A stretch of 64,000 bases of DNA from NCBI RefSeq assembly GCF_006345805.1, contig NC_043003.1:105152001-105216000 (forward strand), written 5' to 3'. Positions 39,749-52,857 of this stretch are shown here, piece by piece; within the stretch, counting starts at the first letter, position 1; each line of letters starts with the position of its first letter. The notes beneath the pieces were generated by a model. The model ran no database searches. It was not told where the DNA came from and worked only from the letters and a program-made list of their open reading frames with translations. The position numbers and the translations under genes were made by a program. Source of the DNA: Octopus sinensis. Lineage: Eukaryota.

Positions 39749-40986
39749 GTTGGTCTTTAATGAATGTTTTTTTTTGTTGATTTGTTTTATGAAGGTGAAC
39801 CAGAAATGAAGCTAACTTATTCAACAAAAACCTTAATAGCAACACAGACTTTATTTTAAATTAATTCATTTTAAGTATTTTAAAACTTCAGTTTTAAAAA
39901 TTCTTTGGTAATTTTTTCAACTTTTTCTTTTTCCCATGAAATAAGTAAATGTTTTCGTTTTAAAAACATTTAGTAATTTTTTTTTCCTATAAAATAAGTG
40001 TTCTCATTTAAAAAATATTTAGTAATTTATATCATATTCAGAATATTCTGTTAAACCTGTTTTTTTTAAAATTATTTCTGTTCATAACTGTTTTGGTTCT
40101 TAAAGTTTTTATTTTCGTTTCTCAAATTAATTCATTTACTTAAAAAACTAATATGATTTTCTTGTTAGGTTTTCTTGTTAGTCAAAGAAATCCTCATACA
40201 TATATTTATTGATGGGTTAACCTATTTCTAACCAATAGTTAACTTATTAACCAATAGTTAATACATTGATAAGGATCACTCTCACACTGTAACCTATTCT
40301 ATATTACTTCAATGTTACAGTGAAACCTTATTTTTCTGGTCACATATTTCTGCATGAATTTCTTCTTTGTGGTTATCTATGATGTTTATTATTATTATTA
40401 TTAGTAGTAATTGTTTTAATATCTTTACAGTCTACGTAAAGTACATTTATAAGTATACAGGTCTAAAATTATTCACATAAGCGAAAAGAAAAAAATAAGA
40501 AAATCTCCCATCCACCCTTTTCCCCTGCCTACTATTCCTGGGTGGGTTGTTGGGGGTGGAGTCCTCAGGTACTTCTACCATGGGGACCTCTTAGAAACAA
40601 TCCTAGTTACACTTTCTAGCTGGATTCCCAAGCATGATCACCTGAGACTAGGGATGTCATCCAACCATTCATGCTCTGCATATTTTGTCAGCATAACTAA
40701 AGCCTACTTTGTCAATATGAATTACATTGAACTCTCAGAAATACTTGATATTTATGGTGGGTATCTTTCTGTTTTATCTTCTATTTGCTTCAGTCATTAG
40801 TCTGTGACCATGCTGGGGCACCACACTGAAGAATTTTAGTCAAATGAATTCACCCCAGTACTTATATCTTTCATTAAAGCCTGGTACTTATCCTATCAAT
40901 CTCTTGCCGAACCACTGACTTACAGGGATGTAAACACACCAACACTGGTTGTCAAGCAGTAGTGGCAGACAATTGCAGATACAAAG

Positions 40987-41021
<35 letters not shown>

Positions 41022-41030
41022 CACATATAT

Positions 41031-41185
41031 ATAATTGTTAAAGAGGACAACAGACATTAAGGCAAGGCAAACATCTTAAGTCATATACAATATTATTGGA
41101 AAAAAATTTTTTTCCAATAATAATAATATATACAACTTGAGATGTTTGCCTTGCTTTAATGTTTGTTCTCCTCTTTAACAATTAT
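41031..41185. repeat. Loopless fold-back palindrome, about 77-bp imperfect arms, in the microsatellite of a family A SINE
   Basis: ATAATTGTTAAAGAGG ... GGAAAAAAA|TTTTTTTCC ... CCTCTTTAACAATTAT. Confidence 0.95.
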
Positions 41186-41590
41186 GTATCCGCTGCATCG
41201 GAAATCTGCAATGGGTCCATAACTACCATCTCAGCTATAACCTAGGAGCCCCAGTAATCCATTACAGCACTTACCTAGTATACCTAGTCTTTTATATCAC
41301 TTGTGAGATAAACCCCCATACTTTGTATATATATATATAGATATATATATATGATGGGGGTTCTTTCAGTTTCTGTCTACCAAATCCACTCACAAGGCTT
41401 TGGTCAGCTTGAGGCTATAGTAGGAGACACTTGCTCAAGGTGCCACACAGTGGGACTGAACCCAAAAGCATGTGGTTGGGAAGCAAACTTCTTACCACAC
41501 AACCACACTATCTGTATATCATAAATGTAGCATATCGCCTTAATGGTTCATATCCATTTAGAAGTAGTAGATTGTGATATTTGTAGTGAC

Positions 41591-41674
41591 GGCATTTTCC
41601 AGTGTGCGCACACGCAACGTCATTCTTCAGTGTGCGTGTGCGGAATGTCATTCTTCAGTGTGCGTGTGCGGGGC
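41591..41674. repeat. 28-bp tandem repeat x3 in a locally CpG-rich segment
   Basis: GTCATTCTTCAGTGTGCGTGTGCGG at 41619 and 41647; diverged first unit at 41591. Confidence 0.85.
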
Positions 41675-42202
41675 TGGAACCTTCTGGAAAGGCCTAAGGA
41701 AGTTCCCTCATGCACATGTGCAAGAGACTGGGGAAGAAAATTCTATCGCGTTCCTTGTTTAGCGTCGTTGACTTGAGACATGGCTATTGAAGCGAAAGGA
41801 TGTGTTAAACGTGTGATCAGCCATTCTCCTGTCCCAGACGCTTAGAATTTGACTTGCTCTGTTGCAGCTGAATTTGTTGTAAGAATCTTACAAATGTTAA
41901 AATTCAGCCTTGCTATATCGAACCAAGTGGATACCAATATACCAACGTACTTCTTTTGTAAATAAGAAATAAAGAGAATATATATTTTTAAGGTTGCATT
42001 CTTGTTCCTGACTGGTAGATTCTGGAAATTGAAGCAAGGAAATTGGTTGCGCCCGAACAGTGCAAAGAATTAACCAGTTCCATTACATATTCATTAAAGA
42101 ATCAGTTAGACAAAATGCCTTGCAGCATTGGTTCTGAGTTCAAATCTCATTGAGGTCAACTTTATTTTTCATCCTTCTGAGGTCAATAAAATAAATTCCC
42201 AG

Positions 42203-42348
42203 TACTAGCATAGCTAGAGGGTGTGCCACCTGGGGCAATCCTTCCATTTGCCGTCCCTGGACCTCAGAAAACACACATATTGCCTACAGCAGACCCAAAA
42301 CTGCTGCCCAGGCAGACCACCCCTACTGCCCCCTTAGCTACACTAGTG
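42203..42348. mobile_element. 146-bp hAT-type MITE
   Basis: TIRs tactagcatagctagaggg / cccttagctacactagtg; exact 8-bp TSD ATTCCCAG (42195-42202, 42349-42356). Confidence 0.8.
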
Positions 42349-42787
42349 ATTCCCAGTCCACAGTAGTGGAATGGTGATGAGATTGTGAAAGTGTCAGGAA
42401 AAATAGCTTGCAGTATTGGTTCTAGTTCTTTATGTTCCCAGTTCAAATCCCACTGAAATCAGATTTATCTTTCATTGTTCTGGGGTCAGTGAAATACAGA
42501 AAACTAGAATGGTTGCAGCAATTTTGTTGAACAAAACACCTTTTGATTTTGACTTCAACTCAGAAGGTGCAGGTGTGGCTGTGTGGTAAGAAGCTTCTTT
42601 CCCAACCACATGGTTCCAGGTTCACTCCCACCATGTAGCACCTTGGATAAGTGATTTCTACTATGGCTTCTGGCTGACCAAAGCCTTGTGAGTGGATTTG
42701 GTAGCTTGTCAGGTGTGTGTGTGTGTTTGTTTCCCATCACTGCTTGACAACTGGTGTTGGTGTGTTTATGTCCCTGTAACTTAGAGG

Positions 42788-43447
42788 CAGTGGTGACTCA
42801 TGTATAGGCACTGCAGAACTGCAGCACGCCCTATTTCCACTCAATATTATCGATAACATTTAATATAATGAGTCTTCTTTTTCTTTCATTCCTTCTTTAT
42901 ACTTGTACATTATATAATCCTTAAGCTTAATGTTAGTAGCCATCCCCTAGTTTATGAAAAAATGCAAAAATCCTTGTATAGAACTGTGCACTCCACAGTT
43001 CCAGCAATGTCGTGTTTGGCTGTTTTGCATATGCTTACATTGTCTGAGATAGGAAGCTTCATGCTAGGGAGGGAGAGCACTGCATGAACAACAGTGCCAA
43101 CTGGTGTTCCGGTGAAAGGTACTGTTTCTTTTTGATTCTGTGTGTGTTGTGCTTAAAAACATGTTTATATTCTTGAATGTGATAAAGTGTTTTTGGACAA
43201 AATACCTTTTGCTGTCAGGATTTAAAAAATAGGACACATTTCCCCATCTTATTTTGTGATTTAGGGGAGATTTTTTGAAAAACAAGGGGGAATTCGCGGC
43301 AGTATTCAGCGACTAAAATGCAAACTGATCAAGTTTATTTATAAATTTTCTTTTTATATATTTGTTTCCTTTTACACAATATTAAAACGACTGCTAAAAA
43401 TTTTCTGAAGTAGCACCCCCAGTAATTTTATATACGAGCTGCCACTT
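42788..43447. mobile_element. 660-bp non-autonomous hAT-type element nested in a SINE
   Basis: TIRs cagtggtgactcatgtata / tatacgagctgccactt; exact 8-bp TSD CTTAGAGG (42780-42787, 43448-43455). The SINE sequence resumes after it. Confidence 0.85.
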
Positions 43448-44120
43448 CTTAGAGGTTCAGCAAGAGAGAACTGATAAAATAAATACCAGGCTTAAAATAT
43501 GAAAATAAGTACACAAAAGTGGTGCCCCAGTATGGCCTCAGTCTAACAACTAAAATAAGCAAAAGGTAAAAATGAAAAAGGTAGGTTGTATTGCTTATTG
43601 CTTTACTCTTGGACAACATCAGTGGCATAAAGAGGAGGAGGAGGAGAGTAGGTGCATGGGCAACTGTTGGCCTTCCACAAAACACCTTACTGTGACCAGT
43701 GCCTTAGAGAGGAACTTTTCAGATGTAGGTACATATTTATCAATAACCAACAGATTTGCTAAGTATATGTGCAAAACTTAGTGTATGAAATAATAACCTC
43801 CAAGTGTAGATATCGTATATTTTGGGTATGAGATCAGTTTAGATCAGTTTGAATATCTAAATGATTTATATTGTGCTTGCTATAAAGCTTGTTACACCTA
43901 TTTTGCTATGGTACCCTCCTTTCCACATGAGAAATCTAACACAAGGTTAATTTTTAAAGAAGAAAGATGTATATCATGTACCCATGTATATTACTGGTAG
44001 TATTTTATCATCACCAAAGGGGATGAAGTGTTTAAAAAACCTGGCAGGTCAAAACTACCTTTTTCATGTAAGAAATGAAGATTAAAAAACTATTACCCTC
44101 TAGAGCTACACATGCGCACG

Positions 44121-44157
<37 letters not shown>

Positions 44158-44708
44158 TATTTGCTGAGAGGAAAGAGTTATGCTCCTGATCTTTGCAAAC
44201 CCTCTAAAACTTGTTGTCATTGATGTGATTTGTATTCAGTTTGAACATCTGTAAATCCATCAGTGATGGATTATTGGGCCACACCGTTTGGTGAGGGGGT
44301 AGGGGAGTTTGGTTGGTGAAATAGAGTAACAGGGAAAGCATGTGTGTTGGGTAAATTTGGGTGGAGTTGGTACAGAGTGAGTTTGTTCAGAAGAGCCTAG
44401 GCCCTTGTTGTATGGAAAAGAATAGGCAAGGAGATGATACAGCACTTCTGTAGCTAAAAATTGTTGAGTTGTTGATGGGTGAATATTTGGTCATTCATCT
44501 GAATAACCTCCTTTTGAATGAATGCAATCAAAGTTGTGTGTGCGTGTGTGGCAGAGGTGGGTGCAGTACCCCATTGTGCATTTTATTTAGTCTTTTTCAA
44601 AGGTCATTACTTGTTTCGGTACAACCTATTGTTGATTTAACATTGACTTCTTTGACATAAGTCATGTTTCTCTCTGAGCATATTTCTTTTTTATGTGTTT
44701 GAAGTTGA

Positions 44709-44817
44709 GAGAAAGTGTTTATGTCAATTGTGCTCAATTAATAAATTGTAATCTCTCTCTCTCCCTTCCTATGTCTCCTTGCTCTCTCTCTCTCTCTCTC
44801 CTCCCTTTGTCTGACTG

Positions 44818-44863
<46 letters not shown>

Positions 44864-45000
44864 TCAGCATGTTTCTTTCTTATGGGAAGATGAAGAGAGG
44901 GAAAGAGTTTATGTCAATCACATTCAATTGATAAATTGTAATGTCTCTCTCTCTCTCTTACCCATTCTCTCTCTCTCCCCTCTCTACCCCCCTCTCTCTC
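44709..45000. repeat. About 190-bp diverged tandem duplication with (CT)n
   Basis: GAAAG.GTTTATGTCAAT ... CAATT.ATAAATTGTAAT present twice. Confidence 0.7.
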
Positions 45001-45263
45001 ACTCTTCCTATCTGTACATGTATATTTCTCTAGTACCAAAATAGACTGAATGTCCAATCATTCATGTCCCATCTCTCACTGTCCAAACAGCTGTGCTCGG
45101 TCATCTCATTCCAGTTTTTTGTCATGTCTGCAGTCATCAGGGAAGATTAATGGAACCACTTTGAGAGTTTTGGTTGTGTCCAAGATCAGGAAAAATTATG
45201 TACAAGATTCTTTCCTTGATATAACCAGTGATTGTATCATGGCATCTAAGTTGTTGGAATAAA

Positions 45264-45454
45264 CCCATTAACATTCAGATTTTTCTGTCATCTATAATCC
45301 TTATTTATTCACATGGTTTTGAATCTCATAGCTTCAAAATTTTGATAAAGTAAATGACATTGTAGGGTAGGTGTGAGAGACCAAATTTAGTTATTTTGAA
45401 CACAAAACAAGTAGAATATTTAGGCTGGACATGGCTGGTTTAAAAACTAAAAGA
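45264..45454. mobile_element. Degenerate piggyBac-type MITE
   Basis: taaa|CCCATTAACATTCAGA ... AAAAACTAAAAGA|TTAA. Confidence 0.45.
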
Positions 45455-45613
45455 TTAAATGTTACAAATGAAAATAACTTTAATAAGCTGTAATTATAAT
45501 TCTGAATTCAGTTCTTAGTAACCTTTCTGCTTTAATTTATTTACATCAAGCATAATAGTTTTTATAATTCAATTTGAATTCTCTTCAAATATCTTCTTCC
45601 ATCTATATTAGAA

Positions 45614-46169
45614 CTAGCTGTTGGACCCGGCGTTGCTTGTGTTTTCCATGTTGAAGTTAAGCCCATCTCTGACTTGTATTGAAATCTATGTCCCCCGTGC
45701 CAACTATTACCCATTAAGATGTTATATCTGGTTTGGCAGGGGTGTTGCAGGATGAGTAGGTGTGTGGTAGATGGAGGGAAAATGGTCAGAGCAGGCAACA
45801 GAGTTTTGTTGATGGAGCAGAGTTTTTGCAGCCAACAATGATGTGTTCAATGGTGCAGAGGAGACAAATGTAAATAAGCATTTTTTTAGAGACTATTCTA
45901 TCGATTTTACACATGAAAAATGCAAAAAGCTGCTGGAAAAATAACATTGTTATGGGAATTTCCATTCAGATGCCCGATTGAGCTCACAAAAATCAATGCC
46001 AACTAAGTATTATTGAGTTTTCGAAAAATTCCAACATTATTTGAACTTTAGGGCATGTGATCTACCTATGTGCCAAAAATCATTAGAATTGGTTGAACGG
46101 TGTGGGAGAAGTTAGCATAACCCCAAACACACAGACAGACAGACACCATTACACATTTATGTATATAGA
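45614..46169 (-). mobile_element. Non-autonomous Helitron-like element (556 bp)
   Basis: Minus strand A|TCTATATACATAAAT-(GTCT)n ... GCAACGCCGGGTCCAACAGCTAG|T: 5' TC, 3' CTAG, A/T target, decayed subterminal hairpin. Confidence 0.8.
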
Positions 46170-46654
46170 TTCCTCACACAAACATTTTGTTTGAAATCTT
46201 TGTTTTTTGTATAATTTTAATGCATATATTGTTATAGAAGATTGTTTCTGTTAATGTCCCAAACCATTCTGATATATGTATTAATTCCTGTTTTTTTATT
46301 GTCTTTTTTTCTCCCACCTTAAATACTCGTCTGATTTGTAAAGCAGTTGTTTCCTCCTCCAGTATTAGCTTTAAACTATTTCAATCTGTGTTGATGGTTG
46401 TTCAGTTGTTGTGTATAACATTGGTTGGTCCTTAGCTTCATTTCTTGTTCACCTGACTAACTCACCACTGATTCCTGCCTTAAACCTTCCTTTATTCTTG
46501 CCAATCATCTGTTACTTCATGTATTCCCTGTAGAAATGCTTGTTTTTTTTTCATTTCCAATTTGTTTCTAGTTTTTCATTTTTATTTTTATTGGTGTTCC
46601 GTTGGTTTGAGTTCCTTCAATGTAAATGTAATGAGAAAGGTTTGCATAAAAAAT

Positions 46655-46700
<46 letters not shown>

Positions 46701-47254
46701 CCGTCGTCGTCGTCGTCATCATCATCATCATCATCATAATCATCATTATCACCACCACCACCACCATCATTGTCATGTGTTTGACAATTTGATGGGATCC
46801 AACAGGACTGAAGACTGCATCATGTTGCAGTGACTGTTTTGGAACGGTTTATATGGCTGAATGCCCTCCTTAATGGCAACCACTTTACAGCATGTAGCTG
46901 GGGTGGGGTGGGATTCTCTTTTGCGTGGCATCAGCACCAGGTCACTGAGGTCACCATGCGGCCTGCAAGACTAAGAACTGGAGAACAGAAAGTGTGAATG
47001 GGTAGAGGTGCGAGAGTGTATCTAAGAGAGATGGTTAGAGTTAGAGAATGAATGAAAGGGGGAATGTTAGGAACAAGTGTGGGGGAGGTAGAGAAGAGGG
47101 AGGAATAGGTGAGAATTGTAGCAACTGGGTAGGGTTGAGGGAAGGTTATGGGGTGGCCAATGAGAGAGGAGTCGGGGGAGGTAGGGTGAGGAGATGACTG
47201 ACTGAAGGAAAAGGAATGGGACGATGAAGAACTAGAATAGCAATAATAATAATT

Positions 47255-47706
47255 ATTATTCTTTCAAATTTTTGCCACATGGGCAGATTGAGGGAGGGGA
47301 TAAAGTCGATTACATTGACCCCAGTGTGTAACTGGTTCTTATTTAATCAACCCTGAAAGAATGAAAGGCAAAGTCAACCCCGGCAGAATTTGAACTCAGA
47401 ACATAAAGACAGGCAAAATACCACTAAGCATTTCACTTGGCATGCTAATGATTCTGCCACCTCGCTATCTTAGCAATAATAATAATAATAATCCTTTCTA
47501 CTATAGGCACACAGCCTGGATTTTGTGGGGAGGGGGACAGTTGATCACATCAACCCCAGTATTTAACTAGTACTTAATTTATTGACCCCCGAAAGGATGA
47601 AAGACAAAGTTGCTCTTGGTGGAATTTGAACTCAGAACCGTAGTGGCAGACAAAATACTGCTAAGCATTTCACCCGGCATGCTAATAATTCTCTCAGCTC
47701 GCCGTC
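47255..47706 (-). mobile_element. Two adjacent SINE family B copies in (AAT)n
   Basis: Reverse-complement similarity to 63317-63530. Confidence 0.85.
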
Positions 47707-49582
47707 TAATTAAATGATAATAATAATAATAATGATAATAATAATAATAATAATAATAATTAATTCTTTTATTGGCCACAAGGGTAATAATAATAATAAT
47801 AACTGATGCAGTACCAGGCAGTGGCTCTCATAGCTTCTGATTTTAACTGATTGGAAATGTTATCATGTACATTGTTTTGTCTTGGTATAAAAGATGGGCT
47901 ACAGTAAATATTCTGCTCAATACCACAGATTTGCTTGTCAGTTGTTTGACCGTAACCAGTTGAGCATGTCCCTCAGTGACTGACGATATGTGCATCTCTG
48001 ATTACGAGCAGAAGTAGTGGGGGAGCGTCATAGCCATGTGTTGAGAGGGATTCTTTGGGGTTTGGATAATTCACCTATGGAAACATGGGTGGTTTGTTCA
48101 ACATCCTTAAACAATCCTTATTCAGGGATCTTTTGAGTGGGATTGGCTACTCAACCAGAAGAAACTTCTAACTGGGCCCCACCTGTAAGGTCATGTGCTG
48201 TTCATCTTGATATGAGATCACCATGTTGTGCACATATGGTTGTGATGCATGTGCCTAGTGTACTCTTATCAGGCGGGTAGTCATGATGGGTATACAGGGC
48301 TTCGGATATATTACCCCAGTGTTACTTTGATGGCATGCACTTGCCTCGGGGGATCTAAACATAGAGGAGACAAACAAGGACAAACAAGAGGATTAAGTCG
48401 ATTACATCGACCCCAGTGATTAACTGGTACTTATTTGATCAACCCCGAAAGGATGAAAGGCAAAGTCGACCTCAGTGGAATAATAATAATAATAGTGTGG
48501 ACAGAGTAAGAAAGAGAGAGGATGAGTGAAATGTGGTTAGGTAGGTTGTGAGAGTGTGGAGGGAAATGTAGGGAGTGGGGGAGACGTATGGTGGTGGAGG
48601 AGAGGTGATCACTGTGGATGGGGAGGAGAGTTTTACATTTTTCTTTGTAGCTTCTATTTGTCTCAGTCGTTTCACTGCTGCCATGCTGGAGCATCACCTT
48701 GAAGGGTTTTAGTCAAATGAATTGACTCTAGTCCCCTTTTTTTTTTTAAAGCCTGGTACTTATTCCATCACTTTTTTGATGAACCGTTGTCACAGGGACG
48801 TAAACAAACTGACACTGGTTTTCAAAGTAGTAGAGAATGGACACATACACAAAGACTGATATACATAGATATATCAACACACACACACACACAGAGTTTC
48901 CATCTGCCAAATCCATTTACAAAGCTTTGGCCAAACTTGATCTATAGCAGGAAACACTTACTCAAGGTGCTATGCTGTATATGTGTGTGTGTGTGTTTAT
49001 GTATATATATGTATATGTGTATGTATATATATATTTATATATATGTATATGTATATATATATACATATATATATAAACTTATATATACACATACACATAT
49101 ATATATATATGTGTGTGTGTTTGTATATATACGTGTATGTATATGTATTTGGTGTGGTGTGGTTGTTTGGTTAAGAAGTTTGCTTCTCAACTCATGGTCT
49201 TGGGCAAGCGTCTTCTACAATAATCCTAGACTAAATTTTTTTGTGAGTGGATATGGTAGGCAGAAACTGAAAGAAGCACATTATATATATGTGTGTGTTT
49301 GTGTGAGCGTGTAGATTTGTGCCTTGATATCACATAATGAGATGTAAATGAGTTTCATCGTCATGTTAGTGAGATTATTCATTTCCAGTCATCTGTGGAA
49401 AACATGTCTGTCAATGGGAAAATATTAGGTTACCTTGAAACGATTGAGTGTTGGCAACAGGAAGGGCATCCAGCCATCAAAAAATCTGCCCCACCAATGT
49501 TGATGATGATATACATGCACACACATATAAACACATAAATGCAGGCATAACCTCACACATCTTTACATATATATACACCTAT

Positions 49583-49689
<107 letters not shown>

Positions 49690-49706
49690 ATATACATGTA
49701 TGTTTT

Positions 49707-49739
<33 letters not shown>

Positions 49740-50149
49740 TAAAGTATCAATTTGAAAGGGACAAGTTCCAAGGTCAATAATACTCCTCATCAAAGCTGAC
49801 ACATATCTAAACACAGAGGGCATATGCAAGCCATTACAAGCATGCAAACGCATAACATACAAAAACATATAATAGTGTAATTCCTTGCCCAAATCAAAGT
49901 TGGATGAGTAATTGCATAAATACATACAGATAAATTAAGAAGTCCAAGCTGATGAGATAACAGTTCACAATAATCCAAAAAGAGAAATCCTCAAATGAAT
50001 CCAATAAATAGAAATAATATTATGGCCATTTCCAAGAATGTATATATCTCACCACAACAGAATTGAGATCCTAACACCAAGGTGCCTCATGAAAAGCATT
50101 GGCGCTGGTGCCATGTAAAAAGCATCTGTGATGGTGCTGTATTAAAAGC

Positions 50150-50513
50150 ACCTTGTATGAAGCTCCGGCGTTTGGCGACGGACTTGGTAAACACCCACAA
50201 AGTTATCAACCACCTCACCAACAACAACACTGAACACCTTTTTGATCTCCATGTGTCTAACACACGTGGACATGCCTACAAAGTCAGAAAACAATACAGC
50301 TCCCATGACTTTCGGAAACATTTTTTCACGCTCAGAGTTGCTGAAGCATGGAATAAACTGCCTGCGTCAGTTGTTGACTGCCATGACACTGCATCCTTTA
50401 AGGCCCTCATGCTTTCCGAAATCCACCGAAACTACACCTGATTATATATACACTTTAGATGAGTTGTAGTGCACCTGAGCACTGTACACAATTATTATTA
50501 TTATTATTATTAT
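50150..50513 (+). mobile_element. CR1/L2-clade LINE 3' end inserted in an RTE-UTR repeat
   Basis: KLRRLATDLV...NTRGHAYKVRK...RKHFFTLRVAEAWNKLPASVV...SFK; short 3' UTR and (ATT)n tail. Confidence 0.9.
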
Positions 50514-50514
50514 C

Positions 50515-51030
50515 TGGAGTGGTTGGCATTAGGAAGGGCATCCAGCCATAGAAACGAAGCCAAAACTGACTATGGAATCTGGTGCGGCCCCTGGCCTTAC
50601 CAGTTCTTGTCAATCAGTCTAACCCATGCCAGCATGGAAAATGTATGCTAAATGATGATGATGATGATATATATATATATATCATCATCATCATCATCGT
50701 TTAACGTCCGCCTTTTATGCTAGCATGGGTTGGACGGTTCAACAGGGATCTGGGAAGCTAGAAGGTTGCACCAGGCCCAGTCTGATCTGGCAGTGTTTCT
50801 ACAGCTGGATGCCCTTCCTAACACCAACCACTCCATGAGTGTAGTGGGTGCTTTTTACGTGCCACCGGCACAGGTGACAGACAAGGCTGGCAAACGGCCA
50901 CGATCGGATGGTGCATTTTACATGCAACCGGCACAGAGACCAGACAAAGCTGGCAACGGCCACGGTCAGATAGTGCTTTTTACATGCCACTGGCACGGGA
51001 GCCAGTCAGGGCGGCGCTGGCTATGGCCAC
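50515..51030. repeat. Tail-to-tail inverted pair of family C repeats joined by (GAT)n(AT)n(ATC)n
   Basis: + copy 50515-50668, - copy about 50685-51030; the junction is self-complementary. Confidence 0.9.
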
Positions 51031-51045
51031 GTATATATATTTATA

Positions 51046-51082
<37 letters not shown>

Positions 51083-51791
51083 CATACAGACTCGTTACCA
51101 GTTCAAATGTGCTTGAGGCATATTTGACACCGAGAGTCAATAGCTCTCTAGCAGGTTCAAATGTGGAGGCACATGGCTTAGTGATAGGGGTTTTGGATTC
51201 ATTATCATAAGCTTGTGGTTTCAATTCTTAGACCAACTGTTGCATTGTGTTCTTGTGCAAAACACTTCACTTCACTTTGCTCCAGTTCACTCAACTAGCA
51301 AAAGTGATTAATCCTGCGATGGACTATCATCTCATCTGGTGGGGTGTATATATATACACCATGCAAACTGAGAAACTGGGCCTTACGAGTTGGCACAACT
51401 CCAGAAGGTAGCTTTACTTTTACTTTACCTTTCACAGGTTTGAATATGCCTCAAGCATATTTGAACAGGTAACAAGTGTGTATTCATACACATCACTACT
51501 CAGTACTGTCACCCTGTATTTTATTTCGGGTGAGCCACTGAGTAACATTACCACCTTGCCTGGTTTCCGTAGCTAAAGAGGAAATAACTACTCTGAAATC
51601 CTTGTATCAACAGTTTGGTCTGGTGGTACTGCAAGCTGATTTGATGTATTTATACTTATTTGTCAACAGCAAGAAATTCTCTCTCTCGCAAAACACAGTC
51701 AATGGTTTTTTTATGCGCTTGAATAGGCCTCATACATATTTAAACTGGTAACAAGTTTGTATTTATACACATCACTGCTTAGCATTATCAC

Positions 51792-51866
<75 letters not shown>

Positions 51867-52466
51867 TAATAAATCAAATGAAGAAAAACACAATTCCTTC
51901 AAATGGATGTAAAACATCCAATTCACTGATACAGCTGTTGAATACCTCAGATAAAAGGGTATAATTATAATATACAAATATTGTGTATACACACACACAC
52001 ATACACATATACACATACACATGTACATATACGAGGGGTTACTGAAAAGTTTCTGGCTTTGAATAAAAGAAAATACAGGAGAGTCAGTTAATTATGATTT
52101 TATTCAACATATTCCCCTCCCAGATTCACACACTTATGTAGCAGTCCTTCAGGTTTGCTAAGCCCTGTAAAAGAACTCAAAAGGTTGGGCCTCCACCCAG
52201 GTCTTTCGCAATACCTTAAAGCAAGGAACTTTCCAGCACCCCATCATATATACACATATACATCATGTTCAGTATGGAAGATAGACATTAGATGATGACA
52301 GTGGTTGTGATGTTGATGATGACGACAATGATGGTGATGATGATGATGATGTTATGTATCTGTGTGTGTGTGTGTGCATTGTGTGTGTTTATGTGTGTGT
52401 ATATATATATATATATATAAATATCTATGTAGATAGATGTATGTATATATCTACCTTTTTTTCTCT

Positions 52467-52504
52467 TTCTTCTGATGAAGGATTAATGCCTAAAATGTCA
52501 AGAG
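52467..52504 (+). ncRNA. Third degenerate hammerhead-like motif in a (TA)n-flanked repeat fragment
   Basis: TTCTT-CTGATGA-AGG(attaatg)CCT-AAAA-T-GTC-AAGAG. Helix I (TTCTT/AAGAG), helix II and a GUC site are present; GAAAC is mutated. Confidence 0.5.
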
Positions 52505-52557
52505 TCTTTCCATCTCTCGTAGTGTTAAACTAATACAACATTTGTCAAAAATTGTTC

Positions 52558-52588
<31 letters not shown>

Positions 52589-52656
52589 CTGCTCAGTGCC
52601 TCTCCGAAAGAGAGAGAGAGGGATATATATATACACGTCTTTGATTGCTAATTTAA

Positions 52657-52857
52657 CCCATTAACTGCAAAATTAAATTTCATGGTTGATGTTAAATAAC
52701 AATGTTAAGTATCTACCAAAAATTGAAATTGGTTATTTTCACCAAGACATGTTTCCTCAGTAAACTTTGACATATCTCAATAAAAAATAGCTCCAAACAT
52801 GGCATCCCTCAACAGAAGATAGATCGGGATATAAAACTGCTTTCTTCAGTTAATGGG
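52657..52857. mobile_element. piggyBac-type MITE (201 bp)
   Basis: TTAA|CCCATTAACTG ... CAGTTAATGGG|TTAT. Confidence 0.75.

Noticed and set aside
49760-49990. CTGATGAG/TTGATGAG motifs as further hammerheads (also CTGATGA at 5913)
   Set aside because: No compatible GAAA-C, GUH and helix I pairing could be assembled.
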